NCBI RefSeq assembly: GCF_000737315.1
Contig: NZ_JMCB01000015.1
Location: 187,302 to 251,301 of the forward strand
Length of the DNA: 64,000 nt
Direction of reading: 5' to 3'
Source: Hyalangium minutum
GTDB lineage: Bacteria; Myxococcota; Myxococcia; Myxococcales; Myxococcaceae
The position numbers were made by a program, and so were the translations under genes. The notes under the pieces are model-generated. The model did not search any database. It saw only the letters and a list, made by a program, of their open reading frames with translations, and had not been told where the DNA came from. Shown here piece after piece: positions 32,155-40,775 of the stretch (the stretch's first letter is position 1; each line of letters opens with the position of its first letter).

Positions 32155-34788
32155 CTAGAAATCGCCGAGCAACCTGTCGCCATCTCGCACGAGACGGTCG
32201 AAGAAGATGCCTATTCCGGCCGAGCCGGTGCCCAAATCCGTGGAGATTCGTACCAGCTCCTCACCGGGGAAGACGATGCCGTGCTCCTTTTCGATGGCAA
32301 AGAGCATGATGCGCTCTGCAAAGCGATGCGCCTCCTCGCGGTAGTGCACTTCGCCTGTGTGCTGGTGCATGTCGATAAAGAAGTCCCCAAGCCCCGCCAT
32401 GCCGGCAAACCTTCCCGGGAAGGCGCTGTATTTCCCGTACAGGTGGCGCGCGATCTTCCTCGCTGCCGCCAGGTCGCGGGGCTCGCCTAGGACCCTGTGG
32501 AAGTCCAGCAAGACGCAGCCGATTCCTGCGCTCCCGATGTGCGAGTAAGGTGAGACGACGTTCTCGTCGCGCGAGCGCTGCCAGATGAGAGAGTCATCCG
32601 CACCCCGGGCGTGCGCCATCTCGAAATCAAGCAAGCCCCTGGCAAGCTCGAGGTGCTCCGGCTCCCCCGTGCACTGGTAGAGCTTCAAGAAAAACTGGGC
32701 GATGCCTGCCGCCCCGTGCGCATAGCCATGATACGTGATCCCGTCGGAACTGGGGTAGCAATAGCCATCTCCTGTCTTCTGCAGCCCCGCCTTGAGGCGA
32801 GAGGACAGCGCTGCCGCCTGGTCCAGGTACTCCTCACGCTTCGTCACATGAAAGAACCACAGGTTGGCCAGTCCAACGCCTGCGGTGCCATAAAACACAT
32901 CCAGGTTATCGTGGAGGATCGGCGAGGCGTTGGCCATCGCCATCAAGGCCTTCGCCCTCTCCTTGAGACCGATCTCGTGAAATGCCAGGGCGATCCCGGC
33001 CAGCCCTATATGGAGCCCCGGTGGATAATCGCGAATGCCGGCCGTCTCGGAGAGTTCGAGGAGTCCGCCGCGCACGGAGGGTGGCAGATCTCCTTTTACG
33101 CGGTGTAGGAACAACGCGATGCCGGCGACGCCATAAGAGATATTCAAGTCGTTCGTGATGAACCGACGGTAATCAGTCGGAGGGTCGAGCCGCCGCGGCT
33201 TCTCCAGCGCCCATACCGCATATTCTGCAATCTTCTCGACCGCCGCCGACAACTCATGCGCTTTGGCCGCGGGCGGGAGCGGCTCCGGCGGCCTCACAGC
33301 GGCGATGCTCCGTCGGGCGCTCTCGAGCAGCGCGTCGGCGCTCGACGGGCTTTCGCCGATATCCAGCGCCAGCGCGAGGACCTCGCCAGGAATGCCCTTC
33401 TCCCGTGCAATGCGAGAGTACAGGCGCCGTCGCGACTGCGGGTTGATCGTGAAAAACGACGTGACGGGGAAGATGAGGTCGCACAAGACGCCGCTCAGCG
33501 CTTGGTAGTCCTCTTCCACGGTGGGTTTTTCGCCCCGGAGCGCCGACGGCCCGCCGAAACCCGGCGTCTGAAGCGGAACGATCAGGCCGTCCTGACCTCC
33601 GGCGGTGCAGTGAGCGCTCTCGAAGTCGACGAAAGAAACGGTCCGCGTCGTCGGGTCGAGGAGGATGTTTTGCGGCGCGAGGTCGTGAACGACGACGCCG
33701 AGGTCATGTATCTTTCGGAGTGCATCCGTGAGGTTTCTGGCAATGTCGACGAACCGGGTGCAATAGTCGATGACATCCTGCCACGAGGGGTTGCTTATCA
33801 GCGCCAGGGGGGAGTCGCTGGACGCTCGGTAGGAAATCAGGGACCTCTTCCCCTGGATCCTCTCCATGACAATGAAGCTGTGCTCCCACTCCTCGAAGAA
33901 GTCGTATGGCCTGGGGGTCAGGCCGGTGTCCTCCAGGATCTTTAGGACGCGATACTCGTTCGCCAGGCAGGCCACGGCGTCGTGGGGGCTAGCGGCGGTC
34001 CGGTTGATGAAGCGCCTCCCTTCCTTGACGACTAGCTCCGCCCCGGTTTCGAGATCGACCGCCAGATAGACTCCGCCCTTGCTGGACTGCGCGAGGACAC
34101 CGGTGATCCGATATCGTCCCTTCAGGACGACCTCGCTTGGCTCGGGCTCTGGATCGTCGGGGAACGGATCGGCCACGCCATTCGGAAGGAAGAAGAATGG
34201 TTGGCGCTGGTCCGATACACAGGAGCCATCGGCCCCCTGGATATGGTAAACCCGCTCGCCGAAGATATCGACCCTCCCCTGGGCCTTGAAGGCCCCGTAT
34301 CGATAGAAGAGAACCTTGCTGCCCCGGTACCGTTTGTCGGAGAGGATATAGGGCCCTGCGAATCCCGCCGTGACGGCGTGCAGGCGCTCCATCATGCGCA
34401 CGAAGTGCCGGACGTCGGACGGGTAGATCGTGATGAATTTTCCACAAGAGCTCCCGGGGCAGTCGCTGGAACTCATGTAACCCAGCATTTGCTCGTCCAC
34501 GAGAAACTTGAAGGGAACTCTCTCCTCCGTCAGGATCGGAAGGATGGTCCGCAGGATCGTCGGCGCGTGCTCATGGATTGCGGAGATGTGGATCTTGAAC
34601 CCTTGCGCCGGAATGACACCGCCTTCGGGGGCCGCGCCGCACCATACCCCCGGCTCGTCGCTGAGCGTCCAGCCCGTCGGCAAGAGCAGACTCACGAGAC
34701 CCCGATAATCGCTCTGCGTCGAACGGTACCGGTCGAGGCTCTCGTAGCGTTCCGGGTCAACGATGATGAAGCCGGTGAACTCACGCAT
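32155..34788 (-). CDS. lanKC: Class III lanthipeptide synthetase (lyase-kinase-cyclase)
   Basis: Lyase motifs QGFKIHISA, GKFITIYP, GPYILSDKRY, FYRYGAF; kinase motifs GGVYLA, VVKEGR, HDLAPQN, DFE; LanC-like GxxG repeats (GYAHGAAG, YSHIGSAG, TGSAG) lacking the WCYG/CHG zinc ligands. Likely ATG at 34788. Confidence 0.93.
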   Translation of the reverse strand: MREFTGFIIVDPERYESLDRYRSTQSDYRGLVSLLLPTGWTLSDEPGVWCGAAPEGGVIPAQGFKIHISAIHEHAPTILRTILPILTEERVPFKFLVDEQMLGYMSSSDCPGSSCGKFITIYPSDVRHFVRMMERLHAVTAGFAGPYILSDKRYRGSKVLFYRYGAFKAQGRVDIFGERVYHIQGADGSCVSDQRQPFFFLPNGVADPFPDDPEPEPSEVVLKGRYRITGVLAQSSKGGVYLAVDLETGAELVVKEGRRFINRTAASPHDAVACLANEYRVLKILEDTGLTPRPYDFFEEWEHSFIVMERIQGKRSLISYRASSDSPLALISNPSWQDVIDYCTRFVDIARNLTDALRKIHDLGVVVHDLAPQNILLDPTTRTVSFVDFESAHCTAGGQDGLIVPLQTPGFGGPSALRGEKPTVEEDYQALSGVLCDLIFPVTSFFTINPQSRRRLYSRIAREKGIPGEVLALALDIGESPSSADALLESARRSIAAVRPPEPLPPAAKAHELSAAVEKIAEYAVWALEKPRRLDPPTDYRRFITNDLNISYGVAGIALFLHRVKGDLPPSVRGGLLELSETAGIRDYPPGLHIGLAGIALAFHEIGLKERAKALMAMANASPILHDNLDVFYGTAGVGLANLWFFHVTKREEYLDQAAALSSRLKAGLQKTGDGYCYPSSDGITYHGYAHGAAGIAQFFLKLYQCTGEPEHLELARGLLDFEMAHARGADDSLIWQRSRDENVVSPYSHIGSAGIGCVLLDFHRVLGEPRDLAAARKIARHLYGKYSAFPGRFAGMAGLGDFFIDMHQHTGEVHYREEAHRFAERIMLFAIEKEHGIVFPGEELVRISTDLGTGSAGIGIFFDRLVRDGDRLLGDF

Positions 34789-34934
34789 TGCGCGTCTTTC
34801 GATACCCTGCACGTTGCCTCGCTTCTCCCTCGCTGTCACGAGCGTCGTAAAAATGGTTAATGCGAGGATGGAGGACGCAGTCGTCCTTTCCTGTCCGGGC
34901 GACGGTCCTCTGGCCTCAGTGAAGCGTTGGAGCG

Positions 34935-35045
34935 CTATCCCTGCCAGATGCAGCTGCGAAAGATGCTGACCCACGATGCGGTAGGACAGGTCCAGTCGGG
35001 CTTTGGTTTAAGGGCCAGCTTCTGGAGCGCGAGTACATTTTTCAT
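34935..35045 (-). CDS. lanA: Class III lanthipeptide precursor, 36 aa (not in ORF track): MKNVLALQKLALKPKPDWTCPTASWVSIFRSCIWQG
   Basis: GGGAGG RBS (35056-35051) 5 nt before ATG 35045; TAG at 34937-34935; leader motif VLALQKL; core S-x-x-S-x4-C; lies directly upstream of lanKC on the same strand. Confidence 0.88.
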   Translation of the reverse strand: MKNVLALQKLALKPKPDWTCPTASWVSIFRSCIWQG

Positions 35046-35492
35046 TATGACCTCCCATTTAGGCGATTGCAGAGTTGCTTGCAGGAGCTCCGCGCGAGGT
35101 CAGCTCGTCGCTGAACCTTCGCGTCTCAATATACGCATACGCAGCGTCCCACCCACCACATCGTCGTGGGACAATCGTATGTTTTATGTCGTCTCACCTC
35201 CTTGCTGGACAATGTAATACGGTTGACTCAAGGCGCCATCCCCAGCTCGCTGCCTGCTCGGTTGACCCCAACGCAGTGGCCACCCCAGAGCGCATGGTGT
35301 TGAGCCCCAAGCATCCATAGTGACCTGGAAGCCCACCCCTGCGGCCTGGCGCCTGGCTGGGCCGCTTGGGCCTGCGTGTGGTCCCCCTTGGGGACGATCT
35401 GGTGAACCGTTTCGCCACAGAAAAGTTAGCCTGCCCTGCGGCAATCTAAGAGGTTGTGCGTCTGCTTTCCGTCCTGCGAGGTTGCGTGCGTG

Positions 35493-36412
35493 ATGCGTGC
35501 CTTCCTGCCCTGCCGGTCTGCTCTGCCCCTCGTCCTTGTGGCTTCCGTGGCCCTGGCAAAGGAGCCTGATGTAGTCGAGAGGATCATCAATCTGTCAGAG
35601 CACCCAGCAACGACCGCGAATAAGATCTATGCCGCTGGTCGCGTGGCGACAGTGCTGCGCTTTGAGAAGGAAGTCGATCCAGAGCAGACACGAATGCTCG
35701 GCTCGGAAGGGTGGTTTGAGCCCCTTTGGTAGGGGGTAGGAAGGTCGTCCTTGAACCGCTCCGGGACATCGAGCCTGGGGACCGCTTCATGCTTCTCGTC
35801 ACTCTCAGGGACGGCATGGAGATCCCCTTCGTCGTCACGTCGGAACAGCAACCGCGCGACGGCAGGCGGGTGGCGGATCAACAGGTCACCGTGATTCGCA
35901 ATCTTGAGTCGGCGAGCGCTGCTCAGGCTTCGCTTTACGAATCGCTCAAGAGAGAGCGGGAGCTTCGGGAGAAGGTCGAGCGCTACGAGCAAGAGGATTC
36001 CGTTGATCATGCACTCGCGGCGCTCCTCGCGAAAGACGTTACCCAGCAGACGCCTTTCCGTGAGCGTCGCAAGTGGCGCCTACAGGAAGGGGATGTTGAG
36101 TTCGTCGTCCGGCTCTTCTCAGGCAACGGGAAGGCAGCGGTCGTCTTCAAGATTACGAACCGCGAGGATGTGCCCTGGAAGATGCAGATGGCACGTCTCT
36201 ACACAGCATCCGGCTGGAAGGACAGACCGTTTGCTTTGCGCACGGATCATGAAGCAATCATCCCAGGTACAGCCGGTTACGTCGCCGTCGTTGTTGATCA
36301 GAGCGCCTTTGAAGAGGGCACAGCGCTAAAGAATCTCCTTCTTGAGATCTACCGAGACGACGGGTACCGGCAGTTGTTCGTTCTGCTGGATCCGAGCCTT
36401 ATCCGTCAGTAA
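35493..36412 (+). pseudogene. DUF2381-family protein, frameshifted at ~35725-35727
   Basis: Signal peptide and ...RFEKEVDPEQTRMLGSEGWFEPL|TGG TAG, while the adjacent frame continues LVGGRKVVLEPLRD. Adding one T in CCCCTTTG restores EPLLVGGRKVVLEP. Confidence 0.75.
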
Positions 36413-36423
36413 GAGCGCCGGTC

Positions 36424-36924
36424 ATGTCCTCGCCTAAGGCGTTCCTGCTTCTCTGTCCCGCCCTAGTCAGCGCGTCCGTCGGATGCGCGACCACGACAAC
36501 CCCTGGTAACGTGCCGCTGCGATCGGACGGGAGCCCGGGACCGGAGGACTGCTCGGAGAAAGCGCTCGAGACGATGCGGATTCTGCGGATGCGCGTCGGT
36601 GACTCTGCGGACGTGGAACTCGACGCGAACCAGATCGACGCGAGGCCGATCACGCTCTATGACGGCCCTGTCGAGAGCTATTGGGATGGCGCACTCGGTA
36701 CTCTGCAAGCGGGTACCCGTCTTTACGGTCGAGTGTGGACAGGCGGTCCGCAGGTTGTCGTCCGGTGGTATCAGGCTCACCCGGTAGATGGGGAACCAGT
36801 TCCCATCTGTGCCGTCGCTCGCTTTGGAGGTAACGAGCTTAGAAAGAGGCCGGACTCGAAGCCCGGAACCGCCGTCCTCGGCTACTCCGGTGCCTCTGCC
36901 TTCGTCGTCAATTCGTTTCGCTGA
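36424..36924 (+). CDS. Myxobacterial lipoprotein resembling the extracellular C-terminal domain of DUF2381-associated Ser/Thr kinases
   Basis: Lipobox SVGC; DGSPGPEDC...LDANQ...GTRLYGRVWTGGPQVVVRWY...PICAVAR pattern. Confidence 0.6.
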   Translation: MSSPKAFLLLCPALVSASVGCATTTTPGNVPLRSDGSPGPEDCSEKALETMRILRMRVGDSADVELDANQIDARPITLYDGPVESYWDGALGTLQAGTRLYGRVWTGGPQVVVRWYQAHPVDGEPVPICAVARFGGNELRKRPDSKPGTAVLGYSGASAFVVNSFR

Positions 36925-36949
36925 GCCCCTCCTACGAATAACCAGGGAA

Positions 36950-37084
36950 CTCCGCCGAACAGCCACCGTACCCCGGTGAGGAGCGGCGTGAGTCCGGAGC
37001 TAACCAGTTAGCTCCGCCGAACAGCCACCGTGCCCCGGTGAGGAGCGGCGTGAGTCCGGAGCTAACCAGTTAGCTCCGCCGAAC
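36950..37084. repeat. 62-bp tandem direct repeat x2.2 with an internal palindrome
   Basis: Units start at 36950, 37012 and 37074 (CTCCGCCGAACAGCCACCGTRCCCCGGTGAGGAGCGGCGTGAGTCCGGAGCTAACCAGTTAG) with one mismatch. Contains GGAGCTAAC-CA-GTTAGCTCC. Confidence 0.93.
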
Positions 37085-37541
37085 GGGGGGGAGGGGAGCG
37101 GCGCGACCTGCACAGCCCACGAACGTGGACTGGCGGAGGCGTGTGCGGTGAGAGCCTACGCCTGTTAATTCAGTGGGTTGGCGCGCTGCTGCTGTCCTCC
37201 CCTTGGCGCCTCTGCTTTGTAAGCCAGCGGTGCTCCAACACTTTTGGCGGAGGCGGTGGACGTGGAGCTGAACCACAAGGTGCTGGTGCGCAACGAGGAG
37301 GACAAGGCGGTGCTGGACTTCAAGGGCATCCCGCTGGAGCAGGTGCGAAGGGGGGCGCGGGGCCCTCGCGCCTGGCGCCTCGCTCGCCTTCCAGGCGCTT
37401 GCGGCCCACACGGGGCGTGCGTGAAAGCTTCGGTTCAAGCCCCCGGGATACCAAGGTTTTTCAAGCACCCTGCGAGGAATTCCCCCCGTGCGTGGGTGGG
37501 TTCCCTCAACGCACACCATTCTTGTCCTCGAGAGCCCAGCC

Positions 37542-37985
37542 ATGTCCCTCCCGACCGAAGAACTCTCCACGCAGGTCAGCCCCGAGCGGCGCAGCGATGA
37601 CTTGAAGGTCGAGCCGGTTCGCGGCGCGGTCCTCGTCGTCGAGGACGATCCTTCCAGCCGTGAGCTGCTGGTGGAACTGCTCACCCAGTGGGGCTACGAG
37701 CCGCTCCCCGTAGGCAGCGCCGAGGAGGCCGAGTTCGCCGTGCGCAACAAGCGCATGGACGCCGCCGTCGTGGATGTCTTTCTGCCCGGCCGCAGCGGCG
37801 CCACGCTCATGTCCCGCCTGCGCGAGCGCTTCCCTCAGGCCGTCCTCATCGGAGTGAGCGCCATGAGCGACGCGGCCATGGCCCGCAAGTGCAAGGGGCT
37901 CGGGGCGGACCTGTTCATCGGCAAGCCGGTGATGCCGGAGAAGCTGGCCAAGGCGCTCCAGTCCAAGCACACCAGCTGGCACTGA
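37542..37985 (+). CDS. Single-domain response regulator (CheY-like)
   Basis: VLVVEDD, phosphoacceptor in [11 protein letters not shown], and FIGKP. Confidence 0.9.
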   Translation: MSLPTEELSTQVSPERRSDDLKVEPVRGAVLVVEDDPSSRELLVELLTQWGYEPLPVGSAEEAEFAVRNKRMDAAVVDVFLPGRSGATLMSRLRERFPQAVLIGVSAMSDAAMARKCKGLGADLFIGKPVMPEKLAKALQSKHTSWH

Positions 37986-38088
37986 GCCCGCCCTCCGCCT
38001 GGCCTGCCGGGCGAGTGAAGTTCCGGCCAGGCAACGGGAGCTGAGAAGACCGGTTGCACGCTCCCTCGGGACGTTCGATGCTGCCCAG

Positions 38089-38634
38089 GTGAAGACGCTC
38101 GCTCCTGGGTTGCTCTTGGCCATGCCCCAGCTCGGGGATCCCAACTTCCACCGCTCGGTCGTCCTGATGATCGAGCACGGGGAGGGAGGCTCCATGGGGC
38201 TTGTCGTCAACCGAGGGGCCCCCCTCACGCTCGGAGAGCTGGCGAGGGGCCAATCCCTGAAGATTGCCTCCGAGCGCACCCAGGACCCCGTCTTCATTGG
38301 CGGGCCCGTGGAGTCCCACCGGGGCTTCATCCTCCACGACGATGACTCGGTGGCCGAGAAGCACCCCGTGATGCCAGGCCTGTACCTGAGCGTCACGCTG
38401 GACGCCCTGGGCCCGCTGCTGGAGTCCTCCACGCCCCACCTGCGCTTCTGCCTGGGCTATGCGGGGTGGGGGCCCAAGCAACTGGAGTCGGAGATGGCGG
38501 CGGGCTCCTGGCTCTTCTCCGAGGCGACACCCAAGGCCATTCTCGAGGGCAACCCCGCCCAGTTGTGGGAGGAGACCCTGAGGGCGATGGGCGTCGAGCC
38601 GGCCATGCTCATGATGGGAAAGGGACTGAACTGA
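38089..38634 (+). CDS. YqgE/AlgH family protein
   Basis: [23 protein letters not shown] and [14 protein letters not shown] motifs. Confidence 0.93.
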   Translation: MKTLAPGLLLAMPQLGDPNFHRSVVLMIEHGEGGSMGLVVNRGAPLTLGELARGQSLKIASERTQDPVFIGGPVESHRGFILHDDDSVAEKHPVMPGLYLSVTLDALGPLLESSTPHLRFCLGYAGWGPKQLESEMAAGSWLFSEATPKAILEGNPAQLWEETLRAMGVEPAMLMMGKGLN

Positions 38635-38891
38635 TGTTGGACCCAGAAGCCATTCGCGCTCGCATCCTCGGGGCCCTGCCGGGCTCCGAAGTGAACGTGC
38701 AGGACACCACGGGAACCGGAGACCACTTCGAGGCCTCTGTCGTGAGCCCAGCGTTCGCTGGCAAGTCCATGGTGCAGCAGCACAAGCTCGTCTATGCCTC
38801 CGTCCAGGACTGGCTGGGGACGGGCGAACTGCACGCCCTGGCGCTAAAAACCTATACGCCCGAGCAATGGAAGAAGCTCGGGCCTCGCTGA
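38634..38891 (+). CDS. bolA: BolA family protein
   Basis: GDHFEASVVSPAFAGKSMVQQHKLVY...LHALALKT. TGATG coupling to the upstream gene. Confidence 0.92.
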   Translation: MLDPEAIRARILGALPGSEVNVQDTTGTGDHFEASVVSPAFAGKSMVQQHKLVYASVQDWLGTGELHALALKTYTPEQWKKLGPR

Positions 38892-38905
38892 GAGGAACCT
38901 GAACC

Positions 38906-39229
38906 ATGTCTCCTGAACTCAAGGCCCGCTTCGACGAGGAGATCCGCTCCCACAAGATCGTCCTGTTCATGAAGGGCAACGCCCTGTTCCCGCAGTGCGG
39001 CTTCTCCGCCCGGGCGCTGCAGCTGCTGCAGCCCTATGGCGAGGTGCACACGGTGGACGTGCTGGCCGACCCCAACATCCGCCAGGGCATCAAGGAATAC
39101 TCGAACTGGCCCACCATTCCCCAGGTCTACATCAACGGGGAGTTCGTCGGCGGCTCGGACATCCTCATGGAGCTGGCCGAGCGCGGTGAGCTGGAGGCTC
39201 TCGTCTCCGGCAAGAAGGCCGAGGGCTAA
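38906..39229 (+). CDS. grxD: Monothiol glutaredoxin (Grx4)
   Basis: LFMKG...PQCGFS, WPTIPQVYINGEFVGGSD. Confidence 0.96.
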   Translation: MSPELKARFDEEIRSHKIVLFMKGNALFPQCGFSARALQLLQPYGEVHTVDVLADPNIRQGIKEYSNWPTIPQVYINGEFVGGSDILMELAERGELEALVSGKKAEG

Positions 39230-39353
39230 GGCCCGCTTACAGTTCACCACAGCCGAGGCGTGTGCCCGGGGGGCTCCAGGCCCTGGGCAGGGCCCTCACG
39301 ACGCGCCGCGCGTTCGCACATAGAATGCGCGGTCGTTAGCTGAGAGGACTGCC

Positions 39354-40742
39354 GTGGCTACCGCGACACCGCCGAACCCTGGAGAGACGAACCCCACCCC
39401 CGAGCTGACGCCGGCCCCCGCGCCGAGCGGCTCCGTCAACGCGCTGACGGGCAACGTCCCCGCGCCGGAGGCGAAGCTCGCGGATCCGGAGGACTCCACG
39501 CCCACGGCGAAGACGCCGTCGACGATGGAGCGCGTCCAGGCGTGGCGCCAGAAGAACGAGCTGGTGGAGATCGCTGCGTTCTTCTTCATCGGCTTCGTCT
39601 ACGACGTGCTCACGCTGAGCCGCATCGACGACACGCTGACGATGGTGCAGCAGTTCGTGTACCTGGGCGTGCTGGCCACGCTGCTGCTGCTGGAGCAGAA
39701 GCACCCGGAGGGCGCCGAGCCGCCCAAGGCGCTGGCCAAGGTGTGGAAGTGGCGCGAAGACGCCATCCACTTCTTCTACGGAAGCCTGCTGAGCTCCTAC
39801 ACGCTGTTCTTCTTCAAGAGCGCCTCGGGGCTCACGGCGTTCCTGTTCCTGGTGCTCATGTTCGGCTTGATGGTGGCCAATGAGCTGCCTTTCTTCCGCA
39901 AGCTGGGGCCCGTGGTGCGGGTGGCGCTCTTCAGCCTGTGCGTCAGCATGTACCTGTCCTACGTGCTGCCCGTCGTCATCGGCAAGGCGAACCTGTGGAT
40001 CTTCCTGCTCGCGCAGGTGCTGGCCGGCGGCGCCGTGTTCGGGGTGATCCGGCTGCTGCTGAACTGGAACGTCCTGGACCGGGTGCAGGTCATCAAGCAG
40101 ATCGCCATCCCCGGCTTCGGCGTGCTGGTGGTGGCGCTGTTCCTGTACGTGGTGCGCGTGCTGCCGCCGGTGCCGCTGGCGGTGACGTTCAGCGGCGTCT
40201 TCCACGACGTGAAGCCCGTGAACGTGGGCAAGGGCCGCGAGTACCACCTCTACCACGAGCCCAAGTGGTGGAAGTTCTGGGTGAAGGACGACCGGGACTT
40301 CCAGATGCGGCAGGGGGACGTGGCCTACTACTTCTTCAGCATCTTCGCGCCCAAGGGCTTCGACCAGTACAAGGTGACGGTGCGCTGGTTCTACGACGAC
40401 CCGGACAAGGGTTGGAGGGAGATGAGCAAGTTCGCTCCCACGCTGAGGAGCTCCGGCTCCGAGCGCGGCCTGCGCTACTACGCGCTCACGCGGAACCTCA
40501 AGCCGGGCGACTGGTACGTCGTGCTCGAGACCGAGGACGGGCACGAGATCAACCGCAAGTCCTTCTCGGTGGAGAAGGACGAGCGCACCGAGCCCCGGCA
40601 GTTCAAGGTGACCGTGCACGACGGCTCGGGTCAGGTCTCGGTGCGAGAGAGCTCCAAGCCGGAGTCCGCGCCGTCGGCGGTGCCGCCGGCCGAGCCGCCC
40701 GCCGTACAGCAGGACATGCCTCAGGCGAAGGGTGTGCCGTAG
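39354..40742 (+). CDS. DUF2914 domain-containing membrane protein
   Basis: About 7-8 TM helices with FFxGFxYDxxTLxRID, then a soluble domain (FSIFAP...W...GLRYY...PGDWYV). Confidence 0.75.
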   Translation: MATATPPNPGETNPTPELTPAPAPSGSVNALTGNVPAPEAKLADPEDSTPTAKTPSTMERVQAWRQKNELVEIAAFFFIGFVYDVLTLSRIDDTLTMVQQFVYLGVLATLLLLEQKHPEGAEPPKALAKVWKWREDAIHFFYGSLLSSYTLFFFKSASGLTAFLFLVLMFGLMVANELPFFRKLGPVVRVALFSLCVSMYLSYVLPVVIGKANLWIFLLAQVLAGGAVFGVIRLLLNWNVLDRVQVIKQIAIPGFGVLVVALFLYVVRVLPPVPLAVTFSGVFHDVKPVNVGKGREYHLYHEPKWWKFWVKDDRDFQMRQGDVAYYFFSIFAPKGFDQYKVTVRWFYDDPDKGWREMSKFAPTLRSSGSERGLRYYALTRNLKPGDWYVVLETEDGHEINRKSFSVEKDERTEPRQFKVTVHDGSGQVSVRESSKPESAPSAVPPAEPPAVQQDMPQAKGVP

Positions 40743-40775
40743 CGGCCCGGAGCCGTCGCGAGAGGGGGCGGCGGC

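Noticed and set aside
31978-32490. 170-aa plus-strand ORF as a real gene
   Set aside because: Two-thirds of it is antisense to lanKC; only the short DDDCDGE fragment looks protein-like.
34789-34974. 62-aa N-terminal extension of LanKC from ATG 34974
   Set aside because: It overlaps the lanA gene in another frame and lacks LanKC similarity; ATG 34788 fits the family N-terminus better.
35059-35203. Strong SD (AAGGAGGTGA) followed by an ATA-started 42-codon frame upstream of lanA as a second precursor
   Set aside because: No ATG/GTG/TTG at usable spacing, no LxLQ leader, and no Ser/Thr-to-Cys ring motif.
35721-35732. Programmed -1 ribosomal frameshift in the DUF2381 gene
   Set aside because: CCCCTTT is out of phase for an X_XXY_YYZ slippery site, so a 1-nt deletion is simpler.
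36950-37084. CRISPR array interpretation of the 62-bp repeat
   Set aside because: The units are contiguous and nearly identical with no unique spacers, and no cas genes are nearby.
38089-39229. yqgE-bolA-grxD cluster as a novel system
   Set aside because: BolA-Grx4 linkage is a well-known Fe-S trafficking arrangement.
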